A DNA stretch of 57,521 bases, the filler included, from Piptocephalis cylindrospora (Eukaryota): the NCBI GenBank assembly GCA_003614145.1. It is 4 parts of 4 records of this genome, joined end to end, with 100 filler letters (N's around TTAATTAATTAA, not from the genome) between each part and the next. Parts side by side here need not be neighbours in the genome. Positions count along the whole stretch, not along the records: positions 28,902 to 43,229 come from KZ987923.1; positions 43,330 to 57,521 come from KZ987926.1; 2 more parts are not named here. One strand, written 5' to 3'. Both the position numbers and the translations under genes were made by a program. Under the pieces are notes generated by a model. It was not told the DNA's origin, did no database searches, and saw only the letters and a program-made list of their open reading frames with translations. Of the stretch, positions 34,114 through 46,829 are shown one piece after another (the first letter of the stretch is position 1; every line of letters begins with the position of its first letter).

Positions 34114-34966
34114 TGGGCTTCCACCATTCCAACCAATGGCCCGCTTCTTTTTCCTCTTTCGGTTCTTCAGGCGGTCGAGTATTTTTTTTTAGGAATCTTT
34201 GACCAGGATAGAGAGAGAAATCAACCGTCACTCCTTTGATATTTCCATGAAGAACTTTCCATTGATTTTGTGGGGCAATGAGTGTCTGTACATCAGAAGG
34301 GTAATTTCTCCCAAAGGAGATTTTATGTGTGTGTGTGTATGCGTGTTTGCAAGAAAGCATCGGATGACTTAAAAGACGTGTATGGGCGTAGGGCCAGAGT
34401 CTGGAATGATTGAATCACAGGGCATGGTTGAAAAGGCGTATTATGGAAACGGGATGGTCTGGGAGGGATCTGGGGAGAAGGAAATACTCTCACTTTTGGG
34501 TTCTTCCCTTTGTCGCTGCCTGTCTCTTTTCACACCCTTAGTCCTCCTTTGGTTAAGTGGTTTCGATTGCCATGTGAAGAATCTTAATGTCATTTGTTCC
34601 AATGCCGAAAAGATCTTCAAAGACCATACTGTAGAATACCATGAGGTATATACATTGGACGTCGTGTTGTTCGCTATGCTGTTATCCGGGGGGAACTCAT
34701 AGGCAGAGAAACAGTGGGGGTATACAGCAGCAGATAAGATTGAAATTCAGATAGATTGAGTGGGATCTCCCAGTCAGCAGACTTGGATAAAGCCACGTTA
34801 TACAGACAGATGGTGGGAGGCCCAGGTTTGGTCAGACACACGGACACACGATGACCAAGGACCCAGCCTCCTTCCCCTTCTCATAGATAGATTTGCCCCT
34901 CTCGTTCTCGCGCTCCTTCCTTCCTTCGTATGGATGATCCACATCACGGTAGAGTGGGAGAGTGTG

Positions 34967-36172
34967 TTAAAATTCAGCATCCAGGGTAAAGGCAGACTCT
35001 TCTTCCCTTCGGGTACGATCGCCTTGATGGTTCATGACACCGGCCTTTTGGTAGTCGGAGACACGTTTTTCGAAAAAGTTGGTCTTGCCCTGAAGGGAGA
35101 TCATGTCCATAAAGTCAAAGGGGTTCGTGGAGTTGTAGTGCTTCTCCTGGCCGAGGGTGAGGAGGAGACGGTCGGCGACAAATTCAATGTACTGGCACAT
35201 GAGGTCGGCGTTCATGCCGATGAGCCGACAGGGCAGGGCGTCGGTGAGGAATTCCTGTTCGATGACGACGGCGTCGGTGATGATACGGTTGACGCGCTCG
35301 GGGGAGGGTTTGTTCTGGAGGAGGGAGAAGAGGAGACAGGCAAAGTCGGTGTGGAGGCCCTCATCACGGGAGATGAGCTCGTTGGAGAAGGTGAGGCCGG
35401 CCATGAGACCGCGCTTCTTGAGCCAGAAGATGGAGGCAAAGGAACCGGAGAAGAAGATGCCCTCGACGGCGGCAAAGGCGATGAGGCGTTCGGCAAAGGT
35501 GGAGGCGGGATCGGAGATCCAGCGCAGGGCCCACTGAGCCTTCTTCCGGATGCAGGGGATGGTTTCCATGGAGTTGAAGAGGAAGTCACGTTCCTTGGGG
35601 TCACGAATGTAGGTGTCGATGAGGAGGGAGTACATTTCCGAGTGGATGTTCTCCATCATGATCTGGAAGCCGTAGAAGCAACGGGCCTCTGCGATCTGGA
35701 CTTCGTTGGAGAAGCGCTCGCATAGGTTTTCGTTGACGATGCCATCGGAGGCGGCGAAGAAGGCGAGGACACGGGAGATGAAGAAGCGTTCATCGTCGGT
35801 GAGGACCTCGTCCCATTGAGATTGGTCCTTGGAGAGGTCGACCTCCTCGGCGGTCCAGAAGCTGGCCTCGGCCTTTTTGTACATGGACCAGACGTCGTGG
35901 TACCTGATGGGGAAAAGGACAAAGCGACCGGGGTTAGGACGAAGGATGGGCTCGTCCAAGTCTGGGGACTCGGAGGTGGAGGAGGTGGAGGAGATGATGG
36001 ATCCAGAGGAGGAGGCCTGGTCGTCGCTGAGGGAGGCGAGCTGGTCCTTGGCGTTCTTGTTGGCACGACGACGACTGGCGTTACGCTTCTGGGACTTGGT
36101 GAGGGTGGGTTTGGCCTGTTCTACCTTGGAGACCGAGGTGGGGATGGGGGAGGTGGTGCTTGAGGTGGTCAT
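34967..36172 (-). CDS. RNR2: Ribonucleotide-diphosphate reductase small subunit
   Basis: [63 protein letters not shown]-terminal FTLDAEF; intronless with strong codon bias. Confidence 0.98.
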   Translation of the reverse strand: MTTSSTTSPIPTSVSKVEQAKPTLTKSQKRNASRRRANKNAKDQLASLSDDQASSSGSIISSTSSTSESPDLDEPILRPNPGRFVLFPIRYHDVWSMYKKAEASFWTAEEVDLSKDQSQWDEVLTDDERFFISRVLAFFAASDGIVNENLCERFSNEVQIAEARCFYGFQIMMENIHSEMYSLLIDTYIRDPKERDFLFNSMETIPCIRKKAQWALRWISDPASTFAERLIAFAAVEGIFFSGSFASIFWLKKRGLMAGLTFSNELISRDEGLHTDFACLLFSLLQNKPSPERVNRIITDAVVIEQEFLTDALPCRLIGMNADLMCQYIEFVADRLLLTLGQEKHYNSTNPFDFMDMISLQGKTNFFEKRVSDYQKAGVMNHQGDRTRREEESAFTLDAEF

Positions 36173-36385
36173 GGTGGGCTAGAGGGAGCTGGACAGATCA
36201 AAGGGGGACAAAGCGGGTGGGGGGGCGAGCAAAAAGAGAGGGTTTTGTGTGTAGTGAAACTCGAGGGGAGAGTGAGGGAGGTGTGGTGTGGTGTGGGGAG
36301 AAAGGATGGGGAAGAGAGAAAAAGGGAAAGGGGTGGTGGGTGGACAGGTTTTTATAGTTGTTGATTTCCTATCTGACAGAGAAGA

Positions 36386-36600
36386 AAAACGCGGGTGGAG
36401 TACGAGGGGGATGAAACGGGTGGAGTGGAGACGACGCGGTAGGATGGCGGGGAATGGACACGCGTAGGGGTCGACTGGATAGGGGACACAGGGGTGGTGG
36501 GGAGACAAGGGAGTCTTTGTTGACGCTTTCTCCCTCTCCTCTCCCGGACGCGACCTAGCGCGTCTGTCACTTTGCATGATCATTGGACCAAGGGTACGCG
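36386..36600 (-). promoter_or_regulatory. Cluster of CGCG-core (MCB/E2F-like) elements upstream of RNR2
   Basis: Six CGCG cores (36390, 36435, 36461, 36549, 36559, 36597), including a perfect ACGCGT at 36460-36465. Confidence 0.45.
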
Positions 36601-38531
36601 CTGCCTAGCCCCGTGTAGGGTGGCCTGACAAGGCACCCTTTTCGCTCCGTAGTGGGATAAGTGACCGTCCTATGGAGAGGGCAAGGGAGGGAGGGGGGAA
36701 AGTACCCGTGTCTTGTCTACATGGACGGATTGGTCCAGTGTCCTCCTCCCCAATCGGGGAAATGGCGGTAGATGACTCATGGGACCAGGCGTTGGTCAGA
36801 AGGTCAGCTGGAAGAAGGAGAGATGATTCATCCTGACGGCCTTGACCCGTCTTATCAGATAAGCGCTGGTGGGGCTCATTCATCCCTTCATGGTGTGTGT
36901 GTTCGTCGTGTACGGGTGGGAAGGAAGTGTTGTCTTGAACGTGAAGGCCCCATACCTCCGGATAGATGGTACCCGTCTTGGTATTGCAGGTCCAGAATGG
37001 TCATGACTAGTCACTTCCTAGGGGATGGACAGGAAGCTTTGCGTTTCTATTCTTGGGATATGGGATAGAGGGAGATGACACGTCCAAGGGAGATCATTCT
37101 TCCCATCCATGGAACAAGACAGCCGTCCTGCTCTTTTCTCTTGCCTTTTTTTTCTTTCCCTCGATGGATCGTGATGGTACGAAGGCTCATCATTGCTATT
37201 ATCATAATAATACGAATCCAGGTCGCGGTGAGACATAATCTTGATGTCTTTTCTGCATCTCGCCATGATGCATAAGAACAAGACAGACTGTGTTGTTTAC
37301 CCTGTTCTGTCACTCCGCCCTCCCCTGTCTCCTCCCCCATCCTCCTCACCCCCTGTCTCCATCCTCATGTCAGATGTAAACTAGACCGAGGAGAAGGGAA
37401 AAAAAGGGGATCGGATGACCCTTGTCGAATCTGTATCCTGGAAAGAGGCGTAGATCTCCTTCTTTGGGTCTCCTACCCCATCCATCCTAGTCATCTGTCC
37501 TTTCCTGTCTTGGATCTGGTGTTGTGATGGTGCGCTATGGGTCGGTGCAAGGCCATTCTTCCCATGTCATCGTTGAGCTCGTGAAATTTTCACGCTCATG
37601 GGTCGGACGAAAAAGGATGGCCCTGAATCCTCTCATGCTCCCTCTCCTTGACATCTCGTTCTTGCTCACGCTTCCCTTCTCATCTCACACAACATCTAAA
37701 ATCGGGTCTTTGTGCTCCCTTCCCAATGCACTGGTGACCTTATGGGACAAGGACGACACTGTCGGAGAGGGTGGGACACACTCGCGCGTCTCTGTGTGCT
37801 CTCTACTGTGTTTTAGTGTGTGTGTACATTCTTGACCTGTGCCCAGAGGCGTATGTAAGTGTGTGTGTTCCGTACTGTTGCTTCAGTTCGCGGGTTCACC
37901 GTACCACCGTACCACGCGTCCTCGTTCCTCCCCACTTGCTGCTCTTCTGCATGTGGAGTGGGCTAAGGTACGGGTGTAATGAGGGTGACAGTGGTGATGG
38001 TGACCGTGGTGGTGGTAGTGGTGGTGGTGGTGGTGGTGTGATATGGTGATGATGCCTTGACTGACCTTCAACGCTACACTCTGAGTGACAGGCTTCCTTA
38101 CTTTAGTCCATCACACACACACATATACACATACACACATGCACACACATACACACACATTCTATCTTCCCCCCTCCTCCTCCCTGTTCATCACCGTCAG
38201 AGAGAGGGAGAGAATACCAAGGGATGTGTGTCTGTGAGCGGGGGGATGAGTGAGGGAGGACGGACACGCACCCACACCCACGGGGATGTGACCAGTCGAT
38301 GCTGAGAGGGAAAGTGAGGGGAAGGTTGGGTAACCTCTCATTGTGCTGGTGGAGTGTGAGGGAATGGAGGAAAGGCCTGGGTATGGGGGATGGGGGATTT
38401 ATACACCCCTACGCTTTCCTTGTCCACTTCCCCCCTCCCTCTCTCCCCAGCCCCTCTCTCTTTCCTCTCTTCCTTTCCTCTCATCTTTCCCAGGCCGTCC
38501 ATCCACCTCCTTTTCCTCCCCACCCCCCATC

Positions 38532-38569
<38 letters not shown>

Positions 38570-39029
38570 CATCTCAAGCCTCATTCCTACTCTTCCCCAC
38601 TTATACCCTTGCCTTCTCCTCCTCCCCTCCCCCTTCCTCGTTCGTTCTTGATCTTTGCCCACCCATCCCATCCTTGTTTCCTTTGTCCCTCCTCTTCCCC
38701 CTCCCCCATCTCTTTCTTCATCCTATTTGGGCTCTCTGCTTGGGGCTCCCTTTCTTTTTCTCCCTCCTTTCACCACCAGCACCCATTTCTATCCCTTCCT
38801 GTCCCAGCCCCAGCCCTTTACTCTCTTTCTCTGTTGAGCTTTTCCTCATACCTCTGTCCTCACTGCTTGACGTGCTTGGTCCTCCTCTAGGACCATCTTC
38901 CTTTCTGACCACCCTTTCTCCTTTCCCTCCCCCTATCCTGGATCAGTACCTCTCCTGCCCCCCTCCACTCCTCCCTCTCAAAAGCCTCTTTTCCCCCTCT
39001 CACTAGACACATCCCCCCTTCCCTCCAGG

Positions 39030-42000
39030 ATGCGTGAGTCCAATTACTGCTCCGTGCAGCATAGCAGGGCCGCCCTTACCCTATCCCCAAACCACTATGA
39101 CCGAAGGGCCCTCGACGTCACTGCCGACCTCCCTCTCCTCAATACTCTTACCCATCTCTCCGCCCTCACCTCCTCCTCCTCCGCTGTCCGGGAGGTCCTC
39201 ACCACCGATGGTGGCCTCGAACGCCTCATCCGTCTCTTGGATCAAACCCCGCGCATGAACCCGAAAGACCGTACCACCGCATGGAGGTGGACTCTGGCCT
39301 GGCATTCCGTCGTTAATGTGGGCATCCGTGGTACTGAGCGCGTCCGTTTCCGTGTTGAGCAGGCCGGGGGAATCCGTCTGGCCGTCACCGTCCTCGACGG
39401 CTACCTTTCCTGGGCCACTGGCATGCGTCATCTTCTCATGCCTAGCGTCTATTTACCTGGCTTACACCCCCCCTCTTCCACTACCAACGCCACCACCACA
39501 ATGACAACCCTGCCACCAACAACATTCATGCTACCACCACCACTACCACTGCGATCTCCTTCCCCTATCATCCTATCACAGGAGAATCTCCTGCACCCTC
39601 TCCCGGTCAACCCACAGGACAAGAGAGTATGAGTGGGGAGGGGCAAGTGGAGGGGGAGGAGACGTCCGATCATCCCCTTCAAGCACCACCCAATGCCCCC
39701 ATCCTATCCCCCGTGGAAGTTTCACACCCTAGCGAATCCACTACCACCGTCACCACCACCGCCGACTTTCCCAGGGGCTCTGTAATACCCATGCATCATG
39801 AGGAGGAGGAGGAGGAGGAGGAGGACGGGGTCTCCCATCCCAGGGGGGAACCATCTATGGAGTCTGATGAACAAAGGTCCTCCGATGAAGTCATGATCAT
39901 CCTAGAGTCCAGTACTTCCCCTACCATAGTCACCGAGACGGATGGGATGAATCGGCAACCGAGCCCACGGATAGAGGAGATTCAACCAGAGCACGCATCC
40001 TCCCCCTCTGATCTTACTCATCGACCCTCCTCCCCCGCCATTTTGGCTCCCATCCCCGTCCCTATGAGACGGCAGGAGGCTCAGAGGCCCGATGCTGAAG
40101 GTACCTTTTCTACCCGGGATGGTAAGTGTGACCTCTTTTCTTTACGCTGTACATTGCATTATCAGATGGATGGGAGGGAGGGGAAGGGTCTTTTTCTCCA
40201 GCTCACTCATCTACCCTGTAGATGCTCGAGGACATGACCATGCCAATTTATCCTCTTCTTCCATCTCAGGAGGTACGGAAGAGGAGGGTCGGAACCATGC
40301 GAACCACTCATCCACTCAGGCCTCTATACCTATCGAAGAAACGAATGGGGTTTCTCCGGCCTCGGACTCCTCCTCTGCCTCTATCTCCTCCACAACCACT
40401 ACCACCACCTCGTCCTCCCCCCCTACCTCTCGAACCCTCGAGGGGGATTCTGACGTGGGTCCAGGGACTCGATTGCATCAATTACGCCTGAATCACCATC
40501 AGGCCATTGATCGTCCCGGGGAATTGACTGCCTCGGGCCCCTCCACCCCGGTCCCCATCCCTCCTACCTCCAATGACCAGCCAGGCATGGGGCGGCAAGG
40601 GAGAAGAAGGACCAGCGTGGTGGGGAGTGATGGGGTTACCGAGGAGGAAGATGCCCTTCTTGGGGAATCCCTTAATGATTCTTTCCCCAATGAACATCAT
40701 CGTGAGGATCATATTCCAGAGCATTTGGAGGAAGGGGATGAAGCCTCTTCCCTTATCCTTTCCGACGCTACACGTCAACGCGCTCAACGACGTAGGCAGG
40801 AGGAGGCCCTTCGAAGGATGGCTGAACTTCCCTCCACCATTGAGGTGGAAAATGCCCCTGGCCAACTTGCTCCTCAACCCTCCCTCTTCCCCTCCCCCTC
40901 CCGTATCACCTTACGAAGGAGAGCTGGAGAGGAAGAGGGGGAGGAGGAGGAGGGGGAGGAGGGGGAGGAGAGGGAGAGTACAGGGGGAGATAGGGAGGGG
41001 GATTCGGGTGCACCAGGGGATGGAGGTAGGGAGTGGAGGATTCAACGGAGGTTTCTTCTACGGGCCGAGGCCGAATTGGCTCAAAGGGCCGGTCAAGCCA
41101 CTCCTACCAGACCTACCTCCACTGGCTCTGCCGCGACTACGGCCGCCTCCTCCTCTATCACGACTTCCGCCACTGCCACAACCACCACCGCCCCCTCAGC
41201 CCCACTCACCTCCTTGACTACTCCTACGACCATGAGGATGACCAGGACTCCTCCTGTTCCTCACCCAGGACAAGGAAGGGCATTTGGTCAGGGTCAGGCT
41301 CCTCAAGCCCAGGGTCAGGCTCCCCAAGTTCAGGGTCAGGCGCAAGGGCAGGGTCGCCATCATCATCAGCAACAACAGCATAATCATCCTTTCCCTACTC
41401 CTCAGCCTCGTCAGCCCCCTCCTCATCATCCCCCTCCTCCTCCTCATCATCATCATCCACGTCCAGCTCCTGCAGTCGCCGCCGCCACCACCGCCGCCAC
41501 CACTACTACCACCACCGCTGCTGCGACCACTACTCCCTCTGCATCCTCCCTTTCTCGCCCAACTCAACCTCAATCTCAACCCCAGGAATCCTCTTCACGG
41601 CAACAGGCTCCAGCAAGGAAATTACCCAAAGATCTAGGGTATAGGGAGGAGGATGCTATGATGGCCCTCCAGGTCCTGGCTTACCTCTCCAAGTACGCTG
41701 GCTTACGGGAGCGTATGCGTCATACTCGAACCGTCCCCTTTTGCTTGGATCCGGAAGATTTTAAAGAGGATTATGTACGTGGAGGCCATAGGATGGATCC
41801 TTCAGATTATCCCTCCACTCGATCGGCCTATCCTCATCGTGTCCCCCCCATCCCCCCCACTTTTACCACGTCTACCCCATCCACCCCATCCTCTTCCCCT
41901 GATATGGAGATTAATGCCTTTTCCGTCGCCGAACGTTTCTGTGCTCGGTGGCACTCGGAGGAGATGCAAAGATGGGCTGGGATCGTTATGCGTAATGGGT

Positions 42001-42299
42001 GCAGAAAGGACGATTCCCGTGGGGGACTAAGGCAGTGTGCCAGTGTCAGTTGTGGTCGGTGGGAGGAGAGGCACAGAGAGTTTGCAAAATGTCGTCGGTG
42101 TCGTAAGGCCAAGTATTGCAGTAAGGAGTGTCAGTCCAGGGCTTGGGCCGATGGCCACCGGTATTGGTGCGTAGAGAGACCCTCTCCCCCTGCTGGAACA
42201 GCCAATGTCAACGCCACCGCTGGTACGGATTCGAGTAGCGCCGCTACCACCGCCTCTCCTTCCACTCACTCCTCCCGTCCCGTCCCTGGTGGTCCATGA
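39030..42299 (+). CDS. samB: MYND-type zinc finger protein samB/Mub1; intron 40122-40221 plus an unresolved frame change at about 39420-39630
   Basis: MRESN..YDRRALD.T..LPL.N.L.HL..LTS.S..VRE.LT.DGGLERL; REED...ALQVLAYLSKY; WAGIVMRN.CRKDDSRGGLRQCA...CGRWE...REFAKCRRCRKAKYCSKECQSRAW...HRYWC. Confidence 0.92.
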
Positions 42300-43229
42300 T
42301 CATTCATTGAGATGAAGATGGAGAAATATCTTTCTTCTTTCTCCTTCCTTCCTCCCCCCCCCCCCCCCCCTGTTCACAGGAGACTGGACAAATGTGTTTT
42401 ATTCCCTTGGTTTTCTTTACTGTCTCTCCCTTCCTGTGTCCTTCCCCCTCCCCTCCTCATCTTCCCCATCTTCTTCTTCCTTCTCCTTACGGGCCAAGCA
42501 TGCATGTATCTCCCTAAGCAGGAGCATGGAGTTGAATCTACCATTAGAATGAGGTAACGTAGGAAGTGGTGGTAGTATTGGCTGAGTAGTCGCTGCCGTT
42601 GTCATTGTCGTCTTCATCGTCTTTGGTCGTAGGGTCATCGTTTTTTTTCTCCTTTTCTTCTTTCTATCCTTCCGTCCCCATAGAAGAGTCCCCTCCTCCC
42701 TTTTTTCTCCCTCTCTCTCCCAGTTCATCTTGGTTGGGTCCGTGTGTCGTCGTCGTCATGGTCGTATCTGCGTATGTGTGTGTGTGTGTGCTACCCAGCA
42801 TCAGGGGTGTCGTATCCTTGAAAGGTGACCACGTTTGGTTTCTTTCAAATAAAAGCAAGGAATTTCTTATTATTACTCTTGGTGTTCTTTCCACTACAGC
42901 TATGGCTCCACGAATGATCACTAGCAAACACCCTGTAATTCGATTGAAGGGGATAATTTGCTGATGCATTCCTCTTTTTCTTTCCCTCTCTGTATTTCCT
43001 TTCCTCTCCCCGGTCCTTATGACCGACTGGCCGTAAGACGCCGATGGAGGGCAATGGTGTCTGGATCCATCGTTTCTGGGGATGCATCTAAAAGAGGGGG
43101 GGGGGGGGGGGGGAAAAGGTGGACAAAACCGTGGATTGCTCCCGGGGAGAAATTAACAAAAAAAAACAGGCAATACCCCCTTTCTTTCTTCTCTCCCTCC
43201 TTTTCTTCCTCTCCTCCTCGCCCCATTCC

Positions 43230-43329
43230 NNNNNNNNNNNNNNNNNNNNNNNNNNNNNNNNNNNNNNNNNNNNTTAATTAATTAANNNNNNNNNNNNNNN
43301 NNNNNNNNNNNNNNNNNNNNNNNNNNNNN
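43230..43329. other. Artificial contig spacer N44-TTAATTAATTAA-N44
   Basis: Same 100-nt spacer. Confidence 0.97.
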
Positions 43330-44487
43330 ATTCCCGTTCCCAATTTCCCCAAGTGAAAGTTAGGCCCTCGTGCCATTGCTAGGACTTCATTGAATCTTTT
43401 CACTGTTCAAAACCCCCTACGCAACAATATGCGTAGGCGGTACCTGTCATTGTCAGTCTGGCGCTAGAAGCATATAATAGAATATTATATCCATCTCATT
43501 AAAAATCCGCCTATCTCACTGAGGAAAGTAAAATGGTTTTATCATCATCATATTCATCTCATTAAACACCTAAACTCTACATAATGAGCTAAATTTTTTT
43601 ATACCCAGATTTTGTTTTTCTACCCTCTATAGGACGGGTATGATCATCTCGTTCCATCATCATCAGTCTTTAACGTTCAGAGTAGCTTGAGTCCAGCTCA
43701 CGAAGAACTACAATAGTTTGTTAACGCATGCTTTTTGAGAGACCGAAAGACGGCAGGGAGTGCTGTCAACTCTGATAAGGTTAAGTATATAAAATCGGTG
43801 ATGATAGGGCTAGTCGTGGATATATACCATTAGGAAGGGCTCTGACTCTGGATCGTGCTAGGGGGATAATAGGGGCTTCAATTCATCTCACTTCGGTCTT
43901 CAAGGGCAGCTAAAGACTTGGTATATAACGAACATACTTTTTGGGGTCATCAGTCACATGAATACTTCATTGAGGGCCACTTAATTTGCTTCATCTATCA
44001 ACGTTCATCAATGCGTCTTGTACACCATGGGGCCAAGCCATATTTCTATCATCCCCTCTTAATCATCCCAATCAGCTACTCCCCTGCGTTGAGGTATGAA
44101 TGACCCGATGGGATGATGGGGTTACCTACTTGAATAGGAGAGAGGAAAAGATCCGTGGTCTATTCAAGAATGAATATTCAAAGGGATATGAGCTGATAGG
44201 CTTCAGGCATTAAGAGGTTGAGGCAAGGCCTTAAAAGATGATATGAAGTCTGACTCCATTTACCGACGGATCGTCGGGATTCCCTGCCTTCTTTTTCTTC
44301 TCTCTCCTTCTCGTCTTCCCCGTGTCACACTCACACACCTTGAGGCTCTCACTCATCCTACTCTAGTGAACCTTTCCTCTTTCCCCCCGTTTCAATAGGT
44401 CCTTCCTTTTCTTTACTTTTCCCCTCGTCTGCGCACGGGAAGACAAGATCGTCTCCAGCCACTCTGCCCTGCTCAATCCCGTGACGC

Positions 44488-46008
44488 ATGCTCTCAGTGC
44501 CATTTTCCCCACGACACTGCCATCCCCACCACCATCCATTACGCCTGGCCCATGCTTTCTTACTTCTGCTCCTCATCCTCCCGTTGCTAGAAGCTGGTGG
44601 GAGATATCTAGGGAAAGGAAATGTGTGTACCTCTCACGCCTCAGCCGAGCCTTCCCTCGAATCGCTGATGGGCCAGTGCCGCCCACAACGACCGTGTGAG
44701 GCTGGAGACTTTGTGGATTCTCTACCCATATCAATGTCTGTCGTTCCCGAGACTCACACTGTTTCAACCCAAATTGAAGAAGATGATTCTGAGGGTAATC
44801 CCATCTCCCTCCACCCCATCCTACCGGAGCCATCAGACAGCCGCGGGGAGATTGCCATCCGAAAGGCCTCTAGAAGGCCCATGGGGAAAGCCAGTGGGAG
44901 GGGTAGAGAAGATGAGGATGATTTTGGATATTGGGAGGGTCAGGGGGACGAGGGAGAGGATGAAAACCAGGAAGTGGAAGATGAGGAGGAGACGAAGGGA
45001 AAGGATGCCATGCCGACTGGGAACCGATTGGCAGGCACATCGGGTAAGGGGCGATTTAACTATGCGTCGATTGATTGTGCTGCCATCATCCTTGCATCCA
45101 ATGCCGAGGCCAAGGGGACCGGGGCTGTGCTTGTAGAATCGCGGGACCAGTACATGCTAAATGTTTGTTCAGCCAAGGAAAAGTACCTGATTATTGAGCT
45201 TTGCAATGACATCCTTATTGACACGTTTGTCCTGGCCAATTACGAGTTCTTCTCATCCATGGTTCGAGACTTCCGCCTGACCATCTCGGATCGGTATCCT
45301 CCCCGGGGTGGGGATGATGGGTGGACAGACCTTGGGACCTTCCGGGCTCATAATGCCCGGGACCTTCAGATTTTCCGCGTGGATAATCCGCAAATCTGGG
45401 CACGATATCTCCGGATCGACTTTCTCACCCACTATGGTCATGAATACTATTGTCCAGTGACGTTGATACGCGTGCATGGGACGACCATGATTGAAGATTA
45501 CAAGGCAGATGAAGTGAGTGAGATTGAGGCGGCTGGGCGAGAGAGGGAGCGGGAACTGGAACAGGATGGGGAAGATAGTGGGGCTGAGGAGGGGAAGGAT
45601 AAAGAGGATGATAAAGAGGATGATATGGTAGATGAGGAGGCCTCCAAAGGAGCGAGAGATCATGAGGAGAGGCAGAGGCAGGGCAAGGAGGATGAAGTGA
45701 CAAACACTCAAGGGATTGATGGAGAAAGGAAAACTGGCCATGATGAAAATGATGCCAATGTGCAAAAAGTGCATGAACGAAGGGTCATTGAAGATCTATT
45801 CCAGGGAGGAGTGGATGAGGATGAGGAGGGTGGGGAAAAGGAAGGGAAATCAAAAAAACAAGAATCTTCAATGGGTAGAGTCACTTCTCATACAAACAGG
45901 AAAACAGGTCACACTCGGCACACTTGTCATACTTTGATCTCTCTCCATATTCTTGCTTCGACAAACCCCGAGTATTTATACTCTTCTCAAACCACTTCAT
46001 CCCCTTAA
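44488..46008 (+). CDS. SLP1: Mid-SUN domain protein Slp1/SUCO family, C-terminus apparently missing
   Basis: N-terminal hydrophobic signal; RFNYASIDCAA.I..SN.EAKG...VL.E.RDQYMLN.C..ELC.DI.IDT..LANYEFFSS..F..S.RYP..WARYLRI.FLTHYG.EYYCP.T..RVHGTTM. Confidence 0.88.
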   Translation: MLSVPFSPRHCHPHHHPLRLAHAFLLLLLILPLLEAGGRYLGKGNVCTSHASAEPSLESLMGQCRPQRPCEAGDFVDSLPISMSVVPETHTVSTQIEEDDSEGNPISLHPILPEPSDSRGEIAIRKASRRPMGKASGRGREDEDDFGYWEGQGDEGEDENQEVEDEEETKGKDAMPTGNRLAGTSGKGRFNYASIDCAAIILASNAEAKGTGAVLVESRDQYMLNVCSAKEKYLIIELCNDILIDTFVLANYEFFSSMVRDFRLTISDRYPPRGGDDGWTDLGTFRAHNARDLQIFRVDNPQIWARYLRIDFLTHYGHEYYCPVTLIRVHGTTMIEDYKADEVSEIEAAGRERERELEQDGEDSGAEEGKDKEDDKEDDMVDEEASKGARDHEERQRQGKEDEVTNTQGIDGERKTGHDENDANVQKVHERRVIEDLFQGGVDEDEEGGEKEGKSKKQESSMGRVTSHTNRKTGHTRHTCHTLISLHILASTNPEYLYSSQTTSSP

Positions 46009-46829
46009 TCCATTAAGCTCCTTATCCCCTTCATCTCAACGACCATCTAGCTTCTACCTTTGTCATCTGGAAGTCAATCAATGATCACTAGTTTGATATA
46101 TCAATGTGATAATCTTGATAGCATCAGTGGCTCCATCCTTGGTGTGCTTCTCTTATCACACTGAACCCTGTTCAGACTTCTACTCAGTGTCATTTCCTGC
46201 ACATTTGATCATCACTACACGACAATATTTTATCATTCTCTAGCCATATCGAATGATATATTTCTCTCTGGAGGAGTACAACCAACATCTAAGTCCAAAT
46301 CCAATTACTATTCCTGAAAGCAATACATTATCATTCGATTAAAAGTCTCAACTATAAGCCCAGGCCAATTCTCACTATGTGGGGAGTGATCTTTACCAGA
46401 ACAGGAGGTATGAGACAACGCGACCATTCGTCCAAGGAGAGCGATCAGGCCAGGGCCGCCTACACTTGCAGCTAGATAATAATAAACCACTTATCCTAGT
46501 GTTTATGCAACCTCCCAGTAATAGCCTCTCTTCGTCATCTTCCTCCTTTCTCCCCTTCCCCTCTTTCCCCTCCTTCCCCTCCTCTTCAACCACACCTCCG
46601 TCCAGATCGATTCTTTGGGCTTGAACCCTTACTCGGCCCAAGTAAACACCCAGACTCTTGACCCTAGGACGGATCAACTTAGCTTCCTTGCATATATCTT
46701 GTTAGGAATCTACCTTGGCCAATCCGGGGAATTCTTCACTCCCAGTCTTTTGCCTTACGTCCCTCTATACCTGGGAAATCCCTTTGTTCGGATAGGCCCT
46801 CCATCCTCTACCTTTGACTTGAGATTCCC

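Noticed and set aside
34760..35725. 321-aa antisense ORF over RNR2 (similar ones over the P4-ATPase, TMA46 and TRP1)
   Set aside because: Shadow ORFs expected from strong GC3 codon bias of the sense gene.
38299..39006. 235-aa L/P/S/F-rich ORF upstream of samB
   Set aside because: Translation of a CT-rich promoter/5' leader that lacks stops for compositional reasons.
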